Positions 11,887-23,392 of a DNA stretch of 64,000 nt are shown piece by piece. This DNA comes from Escherichia phage ST2: the sequence record OM982647. One strand, 5' to 3'. The notes under the pieces are model-generated. The model worked only from the letters and a program-made list of their open reading frames with translations, did not search any database and was not told where the DNA came from. Position 1 is the stretch's first letter, and each line of letters starts with the position of its first letter. A program made the position numbers and the translations under genes.

Positions 11887-12141
11887 TTAATTATCCTCAG
11901 CAATAATTTCTTTATATTCTTTAGGAGTCAAGACCGTGATATCGAAATAAACCAATGGTTCTTTTTCCATACCGTAACCACCACAAAATTCACGATATTC
12001 ATAAATTCGTTCGTGTGAATGACAAATGAATCGTTCACCTTTAACTGTGATTTCACTATTCGGTGAAGGGATATCTAGTTCGGTAGGATTTTTCATTTCA
12101 AAAATTGTGGTGCCATATGAATTAATAAAACGTAAAATCAT
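11887..12141 (-). CDS. hypothetical protein (nrdA.1-like position)
   Basis: 84-aa ORF between nrdA and td. Confidence 0.4.
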   Translation of the reverse strand: MILRFINSYGTTIFEMKNPTELDIPSPNSEITVKGERFICHSHERIYEYREFCGGYGMEKEPLVYFDITVLTPKEYKEIIAEDN

Positions 12142-13852
<1,711 letters not shown>

Positions 13853-13857
13853 TTTTA

Positions 13858-13905
13858 TTTGATAGGGCTACTATAACATAGCCCTATCTTGTTATAAACT
13901 ACTTT
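13858..13905 (-). promoter_or_regulatory. early promoter-like element with inverted repeat GATAGGGCTA/TAGCCCTATC around the -10
   Basis: minus strand GTTTAT-N17-TTATAGT. Confidence 0.35.
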
Positions 13906-14291
13906 TTAAAAGTTTTTTGCAAAAGTTCGATGATTTCGTCGACGTTGGTTTCATCTACGATACAATGGATTTTTGTTACACCTAAAGTTATACCTTCGTT
14001 AGAAGGTTGAGGCTTTACTAAATCTACCTCAGTAAAGTATTTGAACTCGTCAGGATAAATCTCAAAATAAGTTTCAATTTCACCACCGGCAGAACATACA
14101 GTACCATCTTCCATAGTTACACTTACTACGTTTGACGTATCGCTATCATAATCAGGTTCCATTCCGTTTACAACAAAACTAGGCCCGTGGAGTTCAATCA
14201 ATTTTAACATCTTAGCGTTATTGTGTGGTGCTTCTTGAACAAAGTCATCTTTAAATAAAGGGTTAATGATATAAGATTTTCCGATTTCCAT
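13899..14291 (-). CDS. hypothetical protein
   Basis: 130-aa ORF. Confidence 0.4.
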   Translation of the reverse strand: MEIGKSYIINPLFKDDFVQEAPHNNAKMLKLIELHGPSFVVNGMEPDYDSDTSNVVSVTMEDGTVCSAGGEIETYFEIYPDEFKYFTEVDLVKPQPSNEGITLGVTKIHCIVDETNVDEIIELLQKTFKK

Positions 14292-14307
14292 TTTGATTTC
14301 CTCATGT

Positions 14308-14352
14308 TGTTGATAAGTCTATACTAACACATCCAGGGAAGAAGTAAACAAC
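14308..14352 (-). promoter_or_regulatory. early promoter-like element (GTTTAC -35, TAGTAT -10)
   Basis: motif read on minus strand upstream of ORF 13899..14291. Confidence 0.35.
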
Positions 14353-14380
14353 TTTTTAGGCAATTTACAGATACTCAAAA

Positions 14381-14399
14381 GGGAGACCGAAGTCTCCCG
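14381..14399 (-). terminator. rho-independent terminator hairpin GGGAGACttcgGTCTCCC plus U-run downstream of gene 32
   Basis: 7-bp stem, UUCG-type loop, TTTTGAG follows on minus strand. Confidence 0.55.
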
Positions 14400-14404
14400 A
14401 TTTA

Positions 14405-15304
14405 TTATAGACCAGCTAACAGGTCATCGAGGTCGCCATCATCAGAGGATGAGGTAGAGCTCATGAAGTCGTCTTCAGTTTTTGCAGAACTAAAGGCTTC
14501 CATGTCTTTATCAAAATCGTCAAGGTCAGAAGCAACTTTATCTGCAACAGAAGCTGCGGCTGCTGCACCACCAAGAGCGGCAGTACCAAGAACCTTAGCG
14601 AAAGATTCATTTAATTTTTCAAAGGATTTAAACTGGTCTTTAGCCGTCAAAGTAGTAAGATCTACCATCTGGTCATATAGTTCTTTCTGGAATGCTTCAT
14701 CATTAATACGAGGAATTTCAGATTGACCCAAGAATTTAGATTCATCATAGTTGCTAAAACCGGAAACCTGCTTAGCTTTCAGAACGAAGTTAGCACCTTC
14801 AAACGGACAAGTAACATCAACTGGAGTTTCACCCATTTCGGTATCAACTGCAATCATTGCATTGATTTTGTCCCAAATCTTTTTACCGAAACGATATTTA
14901 AATACTTTACCTTCGTTATCTGGAGCTTGAGGGTCTTTAACAACCAGAATATTAGCCCAATAAGAAGTTTTACGTTTCAGTTGAGAATATTCATTTTTGT
15001 TGGTATTGTACAGGTCATTTTTACTAATGTACTGACATACAGGACAAGAGTCGTAATCACCGTGTGTAGAAGAGCAATTTTCAATATACCATTTACCATT
15101 TTTCTTGAAACCATGGTTAACAAGAATTGCAAATGGTAGTGCATCATCAGTTTTTGCTGGCAAGAAACGAATTACCGCTTGACCATTACCTGATGCATCT
15201 AGCTTCAGCTTCCATTCGCCTTTATCTTCTGAAGAGAAACCTTTGTTACCGTTCAGTTTAGCCATTTGAGCAGCGAGGTCAGCAGTAGATTTACGTTTAA
15301 ACAT
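14405..15304 (-). CDS. 32: single-stranded DNA-binding protein gp32
   Basis: 299 aa; [36 protein letters not shown]..., zinc site [11 protein letters not shown], acidic Ser/Asp-rich C-terminus; matches T4 gp32. Confidence 0.95.
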   Translation of the reverse strand: MFKRKSTADLAAQMAKLNGNKGFSSEDKGEWKLKLDASGNGQAVIRFLPAKTDDALPFAILVNHGFKKNGKWYIENCSSTHGDYDSCPVCQYISKNDLYNTNKNEYSQLKRKTSYWANILVVKDPQAPDNEGKVFKYRFGKKIWDKINAMIAVDTEMGETPVDVTCPFEGANFVLKAKQVSGFSNYDESKFLGQSEIPRINDEAFQKELYDQMVDLTTLTAKDQFKSFEKLNESFAKVLGTAALGGAAAAASVADKVASDLDDFDKDMEAFSSAKTEDDFMSSTSSSDDGDLDDLLAGL

Positions 15305-15373
15305 TATATTTACCTTTATTTAGATTATTTAATTTATTTACAGTTGGTTGCTACGACACTTATACCTCGTAGC
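15305..15373 (-). promoter_or_regulatory. gene 32 translational operator: hairpin/pseudoknot GCUACGAgguauaaguguCGUAGC followed by A/U-rich unstructured leader
   Basis: perfect 7-bp inverted repeat and reiterated UAAAUAA motifs between the hairpin and the gene 32 AUG, as in the T4 autoregulatory site. Confidence 0.5.
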
Positions 15374-15383
15374 TGGTACGATT

Positions 15384-15391
15384 TATTTATA
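15384..15391 (-). promoter_or_regulatory. late promoter core TATAAATA upstream of gene 32
   Basis: plus-strand tatttata at this position. Confidence 0.35.
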
Positions 15392-15420
15392 AAGTAATTT
15401 TAACACACAAGAAATAAAGC

Positions 15421-16074
15421 TTAATACTTACACGATTTGATTGTTTCTATGAACAATTTCTTAGCAGCATTTCCATCGATTTGAAGTATTTTTCGATATG
15501 CCTTTAATTTGGTAGAATAATTTTGCCAGACTAAGTTATCGGTGAGTTCGTCGTGCTTATCTATAATATTCAAGAATGAATCCAACAACAAGAAGGTTTC
15601 AAACGAAATTATATTGCTTTGTAGCAATTTAAATATGTAGCTCGACTGAACTTTATTATTATAATCAAATATCTCTTGAAGCGCACTAACTTCAACTTTC
15701 TTACTGAAATAGTAGATGTTACGTACATCTTCAGCAAACGTCTCCTTGGCTTGTTTGAGACGTCCAATATATTCCCTATAGAAAACTAATGCATCAGCGT
15801 CTGATATCTCACCAATCCATGCATCTTGGTTAGCAACTAAGTTACTGATGAATATCAAAGTGAGTTCCTTTAACTTATATTTCTCTGCTAGTTTCTCAAA
15901 GAAATATTTATCTCGGCGTTTTTGATACGCATTATCCGAAACACGCATGCACCAGTTATATTTGATTACGTCATACCGACCATTAAAATGTTGTTTGCAC
16001 ATCAAGTATAGTTTGTATACCGATTTTCCGTTAATATAACGTTCTCCATCAGGAGGCATGCGTATTTTAATCAT
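15421..16074 (-). CDS. 59: gp59 helicase loader
   Basis: 217 aa (same as T4 gp59); KYNWCMRVSD..., FYREYIGRLKQ motifs. Confidence 0.9.
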   Translation of the reverse strand: MIKIRMPPDGERYINGKSVYKLYLMCKQHFNGRYDVIKYNWCMRVSDNAYQKRRDKYFFEKLAEKYKLKELTLIFISNLVANQDAWIGEISDADALVFYREYIGRLKQAKETFAEDVRNIYYFSKKVEVSALQEIFDYNNKVQSSYIFKLLQSNIISFETFLLLDSFLNIIDKHDELTDNLVWQNYSTKLKAYRKILQIDGNAAKKLFIETIKSCKY

Positions 16075-16409
16075 AATAAGAAATCTAACGTATTAGTTTT
16101 TTCACCACGAGCAACTGATGGGCGAAGCATGTTTTCGTCAATTGCTTCGCTTGTAATTTTTTCAACAATTCCTGTAGGAATAAATTTAGCAAATTGTGTT
16201 TCTGGAATAGAATTTTCTTCCAAGAAAGCAGTTGTTGCTTCTAAATAAGACATACCAAATTTTTCAACCATGGATTCGATAATGAATCCGTTTTCTTGTC
16301 GGTCAAGCAATTTAGCGATATCATCTTTATCGTGTTTTACTGCTAATTCTTGTTCAGATAAACCGGCCTCATCAACCGGTTTAATATCACTTAGTGAAAA
16401 CTGTGTCAT
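16071..16409 (-). CDS. 33: gp33 late-transcription co-activator
   Basis: 112 aa (T4 gp33 is 112 aa); acidic; position between 59 and dsbA. Confidence 0.75.
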   Translation of the reverse strand: MTQFSLSDIKPVDEAGLSEQELAVKHDKDDIAKLLDRQENGFIIESMVEKFGMSYLEATTAFLEENSIPETQFAKFIPTGIVEKITSEAIDENMLRPSVARGEKTNTLDFLL

Positions 16410-16656
16410 AAAGCTCGACTACCTCTTCGTTTTCAGCTTCAAATTGGTCACGAGCGTCTTTATGATAAAGAGCTAACAAACGATTAAACATTTTTCCATC
16501 GACACCAAGCTCTTCTTTAGCACGAGTACGAATGTCTTTAATCAGTTCGTTATAACCAGAAATTTTAAGTTTGTTATCGGAAGCTTCCTTGACTAGTTTA
16601 GCCAGTTCTTCACCATGCACATCTTGATTAAATTCAACTGCTTCTTTCTTAGCCAT
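16387..16656 (-). CDS. dsbA: dsDNA-binding protein DsbA-like
   Basis: position between 33 and rnh; start taken at internal Met to give 89 aa as in T4 DsbA (track ORF extends to 16674). Confidence 0.55.
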   Translation of the reverse strand: MAKKEAVEFNQDVHGEELAKLVKEASDNKLKISGYNELIKDIRTRAKEELGVDGKMFNRLLALYHKDARDQFEAENEEVVELYDTVFTK

Positions 16657-16663
16657 GTTTACC

Positions 16664-17581
16664 TCAGAATTCATTAATTACACTTGTTAATTTAGAAAGA
16701 CCAGATTTTACAAAGTATGAATAAATCTTGCCTTTAGGTTGTTGTTTATATGAGTTATAATACTCTATAATGGTTGAAGCAATATTATCAGGGATATAAT
16801 CAAAATCAATGAGAACCAAATTTTCTTGGTACCGTTTATATTCTTCTGCACTTAATAATACTTCAGCTTGAGAACGATCATTGGCAATTGCTTCAATGAT
16901 CGTTGTTTTCATGCTTGGAGTTCGTTCGCCTTCAACTCGAGTAAACCAGAAATCACCACGAACTCGAACAGACGCAACACCATCTTTACGGTCGCCTTTA
17001 AGAATTTTAGTCATGCAATCAATTTCGGCAGAACCATTCTTAATTTTAACCCATTTTTTCTGCGGTGGTGACCACTGTTTAACGTTAGGGTATTTGTGTA
17101 ATTGTGTAAAGTCACCATCTGATGCAACAATACATACCTTATGACCAGCTAATGACAAATATTTAGTTAATACACCGATATGGTCATCCGCTTCATACTT
17201 GTCAATATCCATTACAACGTATGGCATGTATTTCTTAATCTCATCAACAACTTGACGGAGCGCAGTAAAATATCCTTCCCAATCCCACTTTGAAGCTTCA
17301 CGATCGGTTTTACGATTTTTCTTGTAATAGTAAGCAAAGTCACGACGCCAATAACCTGAAGTAGCATTATCCATACACAATACAAATTTTGTATAGCCTT
17401 GCTTACGGAACATCACTACGTTTTTACGAATTGAATTCAAGATTACATGGCGAACCATCGGAACAGTAATTTTATCGCCGTCTTCAAAGTTGTTTAATGC
17501 AGCTGCCAATGCAATGTTACTAAAGTCGGCAAGTGCAATACCTTCTTTGTAATCTTCATCCAACATCATTTCTAAATCCAT
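16664..17581 (-). CDS. rnh: RNase H / 5'-3' flap exonuclease
   Basis: 305 aa equal to T4 Rnh; FEN-family acidic clusters (MDIDKYEADDHIG, VASDGDF). Confidence 0.9.
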   Translation of the reverse strand: MDLEMMLDEDYKEGIALADFSNIALAAALNNFEDGDKITVPMVRHVILNSIRKNVVMFRKQGYTKFVLCMDNATSGYWRRDFAYYYKKNRKTDREASKWDWEGYFTALRQVVDEIKKYMPYVVMDIDKYEADDHIGVLTKYLSLAGHKVCIVASDGDFTQLHKYPNVKQWSPPQKKWVKIKNGSAEIDCMTKILKGDRKDGVASVRVRGDFWFTRVEGERTPSMKTTIIEAIANDRSQAEVLLSAEEYKRYQENLVLIDFDYIPDNIASTIIEYYNSYKQQPKGKIYSYFVKSGLSKLTSVINEF

Positions 17582-17659
17582 ATGAACCTCTTGTTCAGTT
17601 AGTCAACTTGGACTATAGTAACATACTAGTTCGAAAGCGTAAATAGTCTTTTACTCATT

Positions 17660-17667
17660 TATAAATA
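17660..17667 (+). promoter_or_regulatory. late promoter TATAAATA for gene 34
   Basis: exact TATAAATA about 35 nt upstream of gene 34 ATG, followed by AAGAGGA ribosome-binding site. Confidence 0.6.
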
Positions 17668-17701
17668 GTAAAATAGAACACATAATGATAAGAGGACTAC
17701 C

Positions 17702-20700
17702 ATGGTTGACATCAAACGTAAGTTCAGGGCCGAAGATGGTCTTGACGCAGGCGGTGATAAGATAGTTAACGTTGCGCTTGCTGACCGCACAGTTGGCACC
17801 GATGGCGTGAACGTTGACTTTTTGGTGCAAGAAAACACCGTACAGAATTATGACGATACGCGCGCGTATACAAAAGATTTTATTGTTCTTTATGATAATC
17901 GTTTTTATCAAGCTTTAAGCGATATTCCAGCTCCGGCAGGCCCTTTCTCTTTGGCTAAATGGAAGGCAACTCGTACAGATGCAGAATGGATTACAGTTCA
18001 AGGCGGAGATTTCCAATTATCAGTAGGTAACTCTATTGCGGTTGATACTTCAGCTGGCACTGATATTAATTTCACTTTGCCTCAAAATCCTTTAGATGGC
18101 GATACAGTTATTTTGTCTGATATTGGCGGTAGAGTAGGCTATGTAAAAGTTCAAATTACTGCAGCGGCTCAAAGTATTGTAGACTTTAGAGGACAACAGG
18201 TTCGTTCAGTTTTAATGACGCACCCAAAATCTAAAATGGTCTTCATTTTTAGCAACCGCCTATGGCAAATGTATGTTTCTGATTACGAACGTAATGCAGT
18301 CACAGTAACTCCTGCCACGCCATATCAAGCGCAACCTAATGATTTTATCATTCGACGTTTTACATCAGCCGCTCCTATTAATATTACATTGCCTCGTAAT
18401 GCTAATAATGGCGATATTATTAATTTAGTGGATTTAGACAAATTAAACCCATTATATCACACAATTGTCAAAACTTACGATGAAACAACTTCTATACGAG
18501 AAGCTGGTGTTCATGTAGCAGAAGGACGTAATACTGCGGAAGCATTCTTTGTTTATGATTCTGCCAATAGTTTATGGCGTGTTTGGGAAGGTGACCAGAA
18601 ATCTCGTTTACGTATAGTTCGTAATGATACTGATTTACGCCCTAATGAAGAAGTTCTTGTTTTTGGAACTAATAATGATACAATCTCGACGGTAAATCTT
18701 ACTTTGCCTACAGATATTTTGTCTGGCGATACTGTTAAAATATCGTTGAATTATATGCGTAAAGGGCAAACTGTAAAAATTAAAGCTGCTGAAGGCGATA
18801 CAATTGCTAGCAGTATTTCTTTATTACAGTTCCCAAAACGTTCGGAGTATCCACCTGATGCACAATGGGTTTCTGTTAGTGAGCTGGAATTTAATGGTGA
18901 TACTTCGTATGTACCTGTACTTGAGTTATCTTATATAGAAGATTATTCATCTGAAACAAAATATTGGGTAGTTCAACAAAACACCGTAACCGTCGAACGA
19001 GTCGATGCATCGAGCAATACCACTCGAGCTCGTTTAGGTGTTATTGCTCTTGCTTCTCAAGCGCAAGCAAATGTCGATTTAGAAAATGCTCCTGGTAAAG
19101 AACTGGCTATTACTCCGGAAACATTAGCAAATCGTACAGCAACTGAAACTCGTCGTGGTATTGCTCGTATTGCAACAACTGCACAAGTTAACCAGAATAC
19201 CGATTTTGCATTCCAAGACGACTTGATTATTTCTCCTAAGAAATTGAACGAACGTACAGCAACCGAAACCCGTAGAGGTGTTGCTGAAGTTGCAACTCAG
19301 GCTGAAACTAATGCCGGAACAGATGACACCACTATTATTACTCCTAAGAAATTGGATGCCCGTCAAGGTTCTGAAGTTTTATCTGGTATTGTAAAATACA
19401 CATCTACGACTGGTACTACAGCTGCTACTATTCGTGGTAATGCTGGGACTAACGTTTATAACAAAGCCGTAGATAATTTAACTATTTCTCCAAAGGCCCT
19501 TGACCAATATAAAGCTACCCCTACTCAGCAGGGTGCAGTAATTCTTGCTATTGAAAGTGAAGTTATCGCTGGCGAATCACAGGCCGGTTGGGCTAATGCT
19601 GTAGTGACCCCTGAAACTCTGCATAAGAAAACTTCTACTGATGGACGTATTGGTTTAATTGAAATTGCTACGCAAGCAGAAACTAACACTGGAACTGATT
19701 ATACTAGAGCAGTAACGCCTAAGACGTTAAACGATAGGAAAGCTACGGAAGGATTATCTGGCATAGCCGAAATTGCTACGCAAGTTGAATTTGATACTGG
19801 AACTGATGATACTCGTATCTCGACTCCACTGAAAATTAAAACTCATTTTGATTCTTCTGACCGTACCAGTGTTAATTCTGATTCCGGACTTATTGAAGAA
19901 GGAACCTTGTGGAACCATTATACTCTTGATATTTCTAAAGCAAATGAAACACAACGTGGTACACTTCGCGTAGCGACCCAGGCAGAATCTAATGCAGGAA
20001 CTTTAGATGATGTTCTTATTACTCCTAAAAAGCTTTTAGGGACTAAGTCCACTGAAACGTCTGAAGGCGTAATTAAGGTTGCTACTCAGGCTGAAACTGT
20101 AACAGGAACTTCTGCTAATACTGCTGTATCACCTAAGAATTTAAAATGGATTGTTCAATCAGAACCATCATGGACTGCTACTACGGCAATTCGTGGATTC
20201 GTTAAAACTTCATCTGGTTCTATTACATTTGTTGGTAATGATACAGTTGGTTCAACACAATCTTTAGAATCATATGAGAAAAATAGCTATGCGGTATCAC
20301 CATATGAATTAAACCGTGTACTTGCTAACTACTTACCGTTGAAAGCTAAAGCAGCTGATAGTAATTTGTTAGATGGTCTAGATTCTCTTCAGTTCATCCG
20401 TAGAGACATCGACCAGACGGTTAATGGTTCTTTAAGTCTTACTAAACAGACCAACCTGAGTGCTCCTTTAGTATCTACAAGCACTGCTTCTTTTGGTTCC
20501 GAAGCATCTGTTACTCGTAGATTAACTCTTAATGATTCTAGCGGTTCTGAAATAATTTTCACTAAAGGAACCCAATCTCTTAGTAATAAAGAGAATTTCG
20601 TTGTTAGAGCATGGGGTAATAGCGCTACAGATGGTGCCCGTGATACAGTATTTGAAGCGGGTGATGAAACCGGATACCATTTCTATTCTCAGCGCGCTGC

Positions 20701-21535
20701 TGATAATAGAGTATCATTTAATATTAATGGAACACTTTATTCAACAGGTATTGTTTCTACAAATGGATTAAATGTTACAGGTGTTTCTACCTTTACAGGG
20801 CCTATTAGTGCTACAGGCGAAATTGTTTCTAGTTCTCCTATTGCATTCAGAGCTATTAACGGTAACTATGGTGTTATGCTTTATAATGCTGGTAACAGTT
20901 CTTATATTGCATTAACTAACTCAGGTGACCAGACCGGGACGTTTAATAACTTACGCCCGATCACGATTAACAACGCCACAGGCTTAGTTCGTCTTGACAA
21001 TGGTGTTCAAATCACGAGTGGTGCAACAATAACTACCGGTGGATTAACTGTAAATAACAGAATTATTTCTAACGGCGTTAAAACTGCCACTGTTTATACC
21101 GATAAACCAACAGCTTCTACTGTAGGTTTTTGGTCTATTGACATTAACGATTCTGCTGTATATAGCCAATTCCCTGGATACTGGACGCGTGATAACAAAG
21201 GTAACCGTGACCAAGAAATTAAATATCCTGGTACTTTGACTCAATTCGGTAATAGCTTAGATTCACTTTATCAGGATTGGATTTGTTATCCTACAGGTGC
21301 AAATGGTGGTAGCATTCGATATACTCGTACCTGGCAGAAAAATAAAGATGCTTGGACTTCATTTGCAATGGTATTTGATAGTGGCAACCCACCTTCACCT
21401 AGCGATGTTGGTGCTATACCATCTGATAATGCTGTTATTGGAAACCTTACTATTCGAGACTTCTTACAATTAGGAAATGTGAGAATTGTTCCAGACCCGG
21501 TTAACAAAACAGTTAAATTTATATGGGTTGAATAA
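17702..21535 (+). CDS. 34: long tail fibre proximal subunit gp34
   Basis: 1277 aa; N-terminal MVDIKRKFRAEDGLDAGGDKIVNV...; internal reiterated fibre repeats; T4 gp34 about 1289 aa. Confidence 0.95.
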   Translation: MVDIKRKFRAEDGLDAGGDKIVNVALADRTVGTDGVNVDFLVQENTVQNYDDTRAYTKDFIVLYDNRFYQALSDIPAPAGPFSLAKWKATRTDAEWITVQGGDFQLSVGNSIAVDTSAGTDINFTLPQNPLDGDTVILSDIGGRVGYVKVQITAAAQSIVDFRGQQVRSVLMTHPKSKMVFIFSNRLWQMYVSDYERNAVTVTPATPYQAQPNDFIIRRFTSAAPINITLPRNANNGDIINLVDLDKLNPLYHTIVKTYDETTSIREAGVHVAEGRNTAEAFFVYDSANSLWRVWEGDQKSRLRIVRNDTDLRPNEEVLVFGTNNDTISTVNLTLPTDILSGDTVKISLNYMRKGQTVKIKAAEGDTIASSISLLQFPKRSEYPPDAQWVSVSELEFNGDTSYVPVLELSYIEDYSSETKYWVVQQNTVTVERVDASSNTTRARLGVIALASQAQANVDLENAPGKELAITPETLANRTATETRRGIARIATTAQVNQNTDFAFQDDLIISPKKLNERTATETRRGVAEVATQAETNAGTDDTTIITPKKLDARQGSEVLSGIVKYTSTTGTTAATIRGNAGTNVYNKAVDNLTISPKALDQYKATPTQQGAVILAIESEVIAGESQAGWANAVVTPETLHKKTSTDGRIGLIEIATQAETNTGTDYTRAVTPKTLNDRKATEGLSGIAEIATQVEFDTGTDDTRISTPLKIKTHFDSSDRTSVNSDSGLIEEGTLWNHYTLDISKANETQRGTLRVATQAESNAGTLDDVLITPKKLLGTKSTETSEGVIKVATQAETVTGTSANTAVSPKNLKWIVQSEPSWTATTAIRGFVKTSSGSITFVGNDTVGSTQSLESYEKNSYAVSPYELNRVLANYLPLKAKAADSNLLDGLDSLQFIRRDIDQTVNGSLSLTKQTNLSAPLVSTSTASFGSEASVTRRLTLNDSSGSEIIFTKGTQSLSNKENFVVRAWGNSATDGARDTVFEAGDETGYHFYSQRAADNRVSFNINGTLYSTGIVSTNGLNVTGVSTFTGPISATGEIVSSSPIAFRAINGNYGVMLYNAGNSSYIALTNSGDQTGTFNNLRPITINNATGLVRLDNGVQITSGATITTGGLTVNNRIISNGVKTATVYTDKPTASTVGFWSIDINDSAVYSQFPGYWTRDNKGNRDQEIKYPGTLTQFGNSLDSLYQDWICYPTGANGGSIRYTRTWQKNKDAWTSFAMVFDSGNPPSPSDVGAIPSDNAVIGNLTIRDFLQLGNVRIVPDPVNKTVKFIWVE
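19126..20145 (+). repeat. protein-level tandem fibre repeats inside gene 34 (T-x-E-T-R-R-G ... A-T-Q-A-E-x-N-x-G-T-D ... I-T-P-K-K-L)
   Basis: about 8-9 reiterations of a roughly 40-aa motif seen in the translation. Confidence 0.7.
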
Positions 21536-21543
21536 GAGGTTAT

Positions 21544-22668
21544 ATGGAAAAATTTATGGCAAGGTTTGGACAGGGATACGTCCAAACGCCGTTTTTATCG
21601 GAAAGCAATTCAGTTAGATTTAAGCTAAGTATAGCGGGTTCATGCCCGCTTTCAACAACTAATCCGTATATTTTGTTCCAAAACGAGCCTTTAGGGTTGC
21701 AGTCTTTTGGTATTGGACTAAATGTTAGGGTGATAAATCCGGAAAATGGAACTATAGTTGATAGTAAATTATACAATTTTGCGCCTACAAATAATGCAAC
21801 TTCGGCCGCGTTTATTTCGTTTGTTAATACATACGCGGATAATTTCATTTTCGCATTTATTTCTAATAACAAATTTAATTTGCCGCCAGAAATAATTGAA
21901 TGGTTTAAAGCTGCTGGGAGTTCAGTTATACCGTCAATTGAAGTTGCTAGTCTTGTTGATATTTCATATTCAGCGTTTTATGTTTCAGGTAAAAATACTA
22001 TTGCATTAGAACACATAAAATACAGTAATAAGAAAACAATTTCTGATTACGCAACTCCATTAGATATTGTATATGACTCTATTGCTGATATAGGTGCTAC
22101 CGGCTATCCTAGACGTACATATGAAGCTTTAGAAACGTTTTTATCTCCTATTGGAGAAACTAACAATGAAATAAAAAGGATGCCTACATCATCCCTTGTT
22201 ACTCCTATCGCAAACTATGGATTAAAGCCTACAGATTTTCTTTATTTGAAATTTCAATTAATGGCTGATGAAGAATTATTAGAGGAAGGAACCACAAGAC
22301 TTTCAATTCGTTTCTTTAAGTCTCCATCTAGCTCTCCTATATCATCTAAAGATATAAACTTTGATGGAACTGCCGGGGAGTGGAAGCTATATGAAGAATA
22401 CGTTGAAATACCAGCTGAAGCTGATGGCTTTACAGTATATTGTTACCGTACGGCCTCAGTCGGTCAAGGTGGACTAAGAAATGTTATTTTCACTGAAGTA
22501 TCATGTAACGGAAGTATAGCAAAACCCGCCGAGTTTGGTATAAACGGTATTCGTGTTAATTACATTGATGAATCATTAACCGGTAATGATATAATGGACT
22601 TGCCTACTCAGTTATCTAACGACACAGGTAAGGTATTTGGGCAGGAATTTAAAGAGTACACAGAATAA
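21544..22668 (+). CDS. 35: long tail fibre hinge connector gp35
   Basis: 374 aa, position and length as T4 gp35 (372 aa). Confidence 0.8.
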   Translation: MEKFMARFGQGYVQTPFLSESNSVRFKLSIAGSCPLSTTNPYILFQNEPLGLQSFGIGLNVRVINPENGTIVDSKLYNFAPTNNATSAAFISFVNTYADNFIFAFISNNKFNLPPEIIEWFKAAGSSVIPSIEVASLVDISYSAFYVSGKNTIALEHIKYSNKKTISDYATPLDIVYDSIADIGATGYPRRTYEALETFLSPIGETNNEIKRMPTSSLVTPIANYGLKPTDFLYLKFQLMADEELLEEGTTRLSIRFFKSPSSSPISSKDINFDGTAGEWKLYEEYVEIPAEADGFTVYCYRTASVGQGGLRNVIFTEVSCNGSIAKPAEFGINGIRVNYIDESLTGNDIMDLPTQLSNDTGKVFGQEFKEYTE

Positions 22669-22670
22669 AG

Positions 22671-22690
22671 GAGACTTCGGTCTCCTTTTC
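22671..22690 (+). terminator. rho-independent terminator GGAGACttcgGTCTCC-TTTT after gene 35
   Basis: perfect hairpin followed by T-tract on plus strand. Confidence 0.55.
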
Positions 22691-22693
22691 GCG

Positions 22694-22701
22694 TATAAAT
22701 A
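22694..22701 (+). promoter_or_regulatory. late promoter TATAAATA for gene 36
   Basis: exact TATAAATA about 27 nt upstream of gene 36 ATG with AAGGAG ribosome-binding site. Confidence 0.55.
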
Positions 22702-22727
22702 CTTTAATATTAATAAGGAGACACGAA

Positions 22728-23384
22728 ATGGCCGATTTAAAAGCCGGAAGTACAGTTGGTGGTTCCGTCATATGGCATCAAGGCAATTTTCCTTTAATGC
22801 CAGCTGGCGATGACATCCTATATAAAACATTTAAATTATACACCGAATATAACAAGCCAAAAGCGGCTGATAATGATTTCGTATCTAAAGCAAATGGTGG
22901 GACATATCTCAAAAAGGTAATCTTTAACGAAGGTATTGCAGTCAAAACAGCAGATGACCAAACGAATGGTATTTTTTCTGGTGGTGGTGACGCCGCGACA
23001 TTCGACCAAACAAACATGGATATTGTTTCGTGGTATGGTATTGGGTTTAAATCATCTCAAGGTACAGGTGAAAGAACTGTTGTAATTGATACTCGCACCG
23101 GTAATATAAGTTCTAAAGGTGTTATTGAAGCATCTCAATTCAGAGCCACAACGTTAGCACCTTTAAATAATTACGACCTTACTCGCAAAGATTATGTTGA
23201 TAGTCAAATAAATACAGTTAATGCTAATGCAAACAGTCGTGTACTCCGTTCAGGAGATACGATGACCGGCGCGCTAACAGCCCCAAACTTTTTCTCACAG
23301 AATCCTGCATCTCAACCCTCGCATGTTCCACGATTTGACCAAATTGTTATTAAGGATTCTGTTCAAGATTTCGGCTATTATTAA
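22728..23384 (+). CDS. 36: long tail fibre distal connector gp36
   Basis: 218 aa; position between 35 and 37. Confidence 0.8.
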   Translation: MADLKAGSTVGGSVIWHQGNFPLMPAGDDILYKTFKLYTEYNKPKAADNDFVSKANGGTYLKKVIFNEGIAVKTADDQTNGIFSGGGDAATFDQTNMDIVSWYGIGFKSSQGTGERTVVIDTRTGNISSKGVIEASQFRATTLAPLNNYDLTRKDYVDSQINTVNANANSRVLRSGDTMTGALTAPNFFSQNPASQPSHVPRFDQIVIKDSVQDFGYY

Positions 23385-23392
23385 GAGGACTT

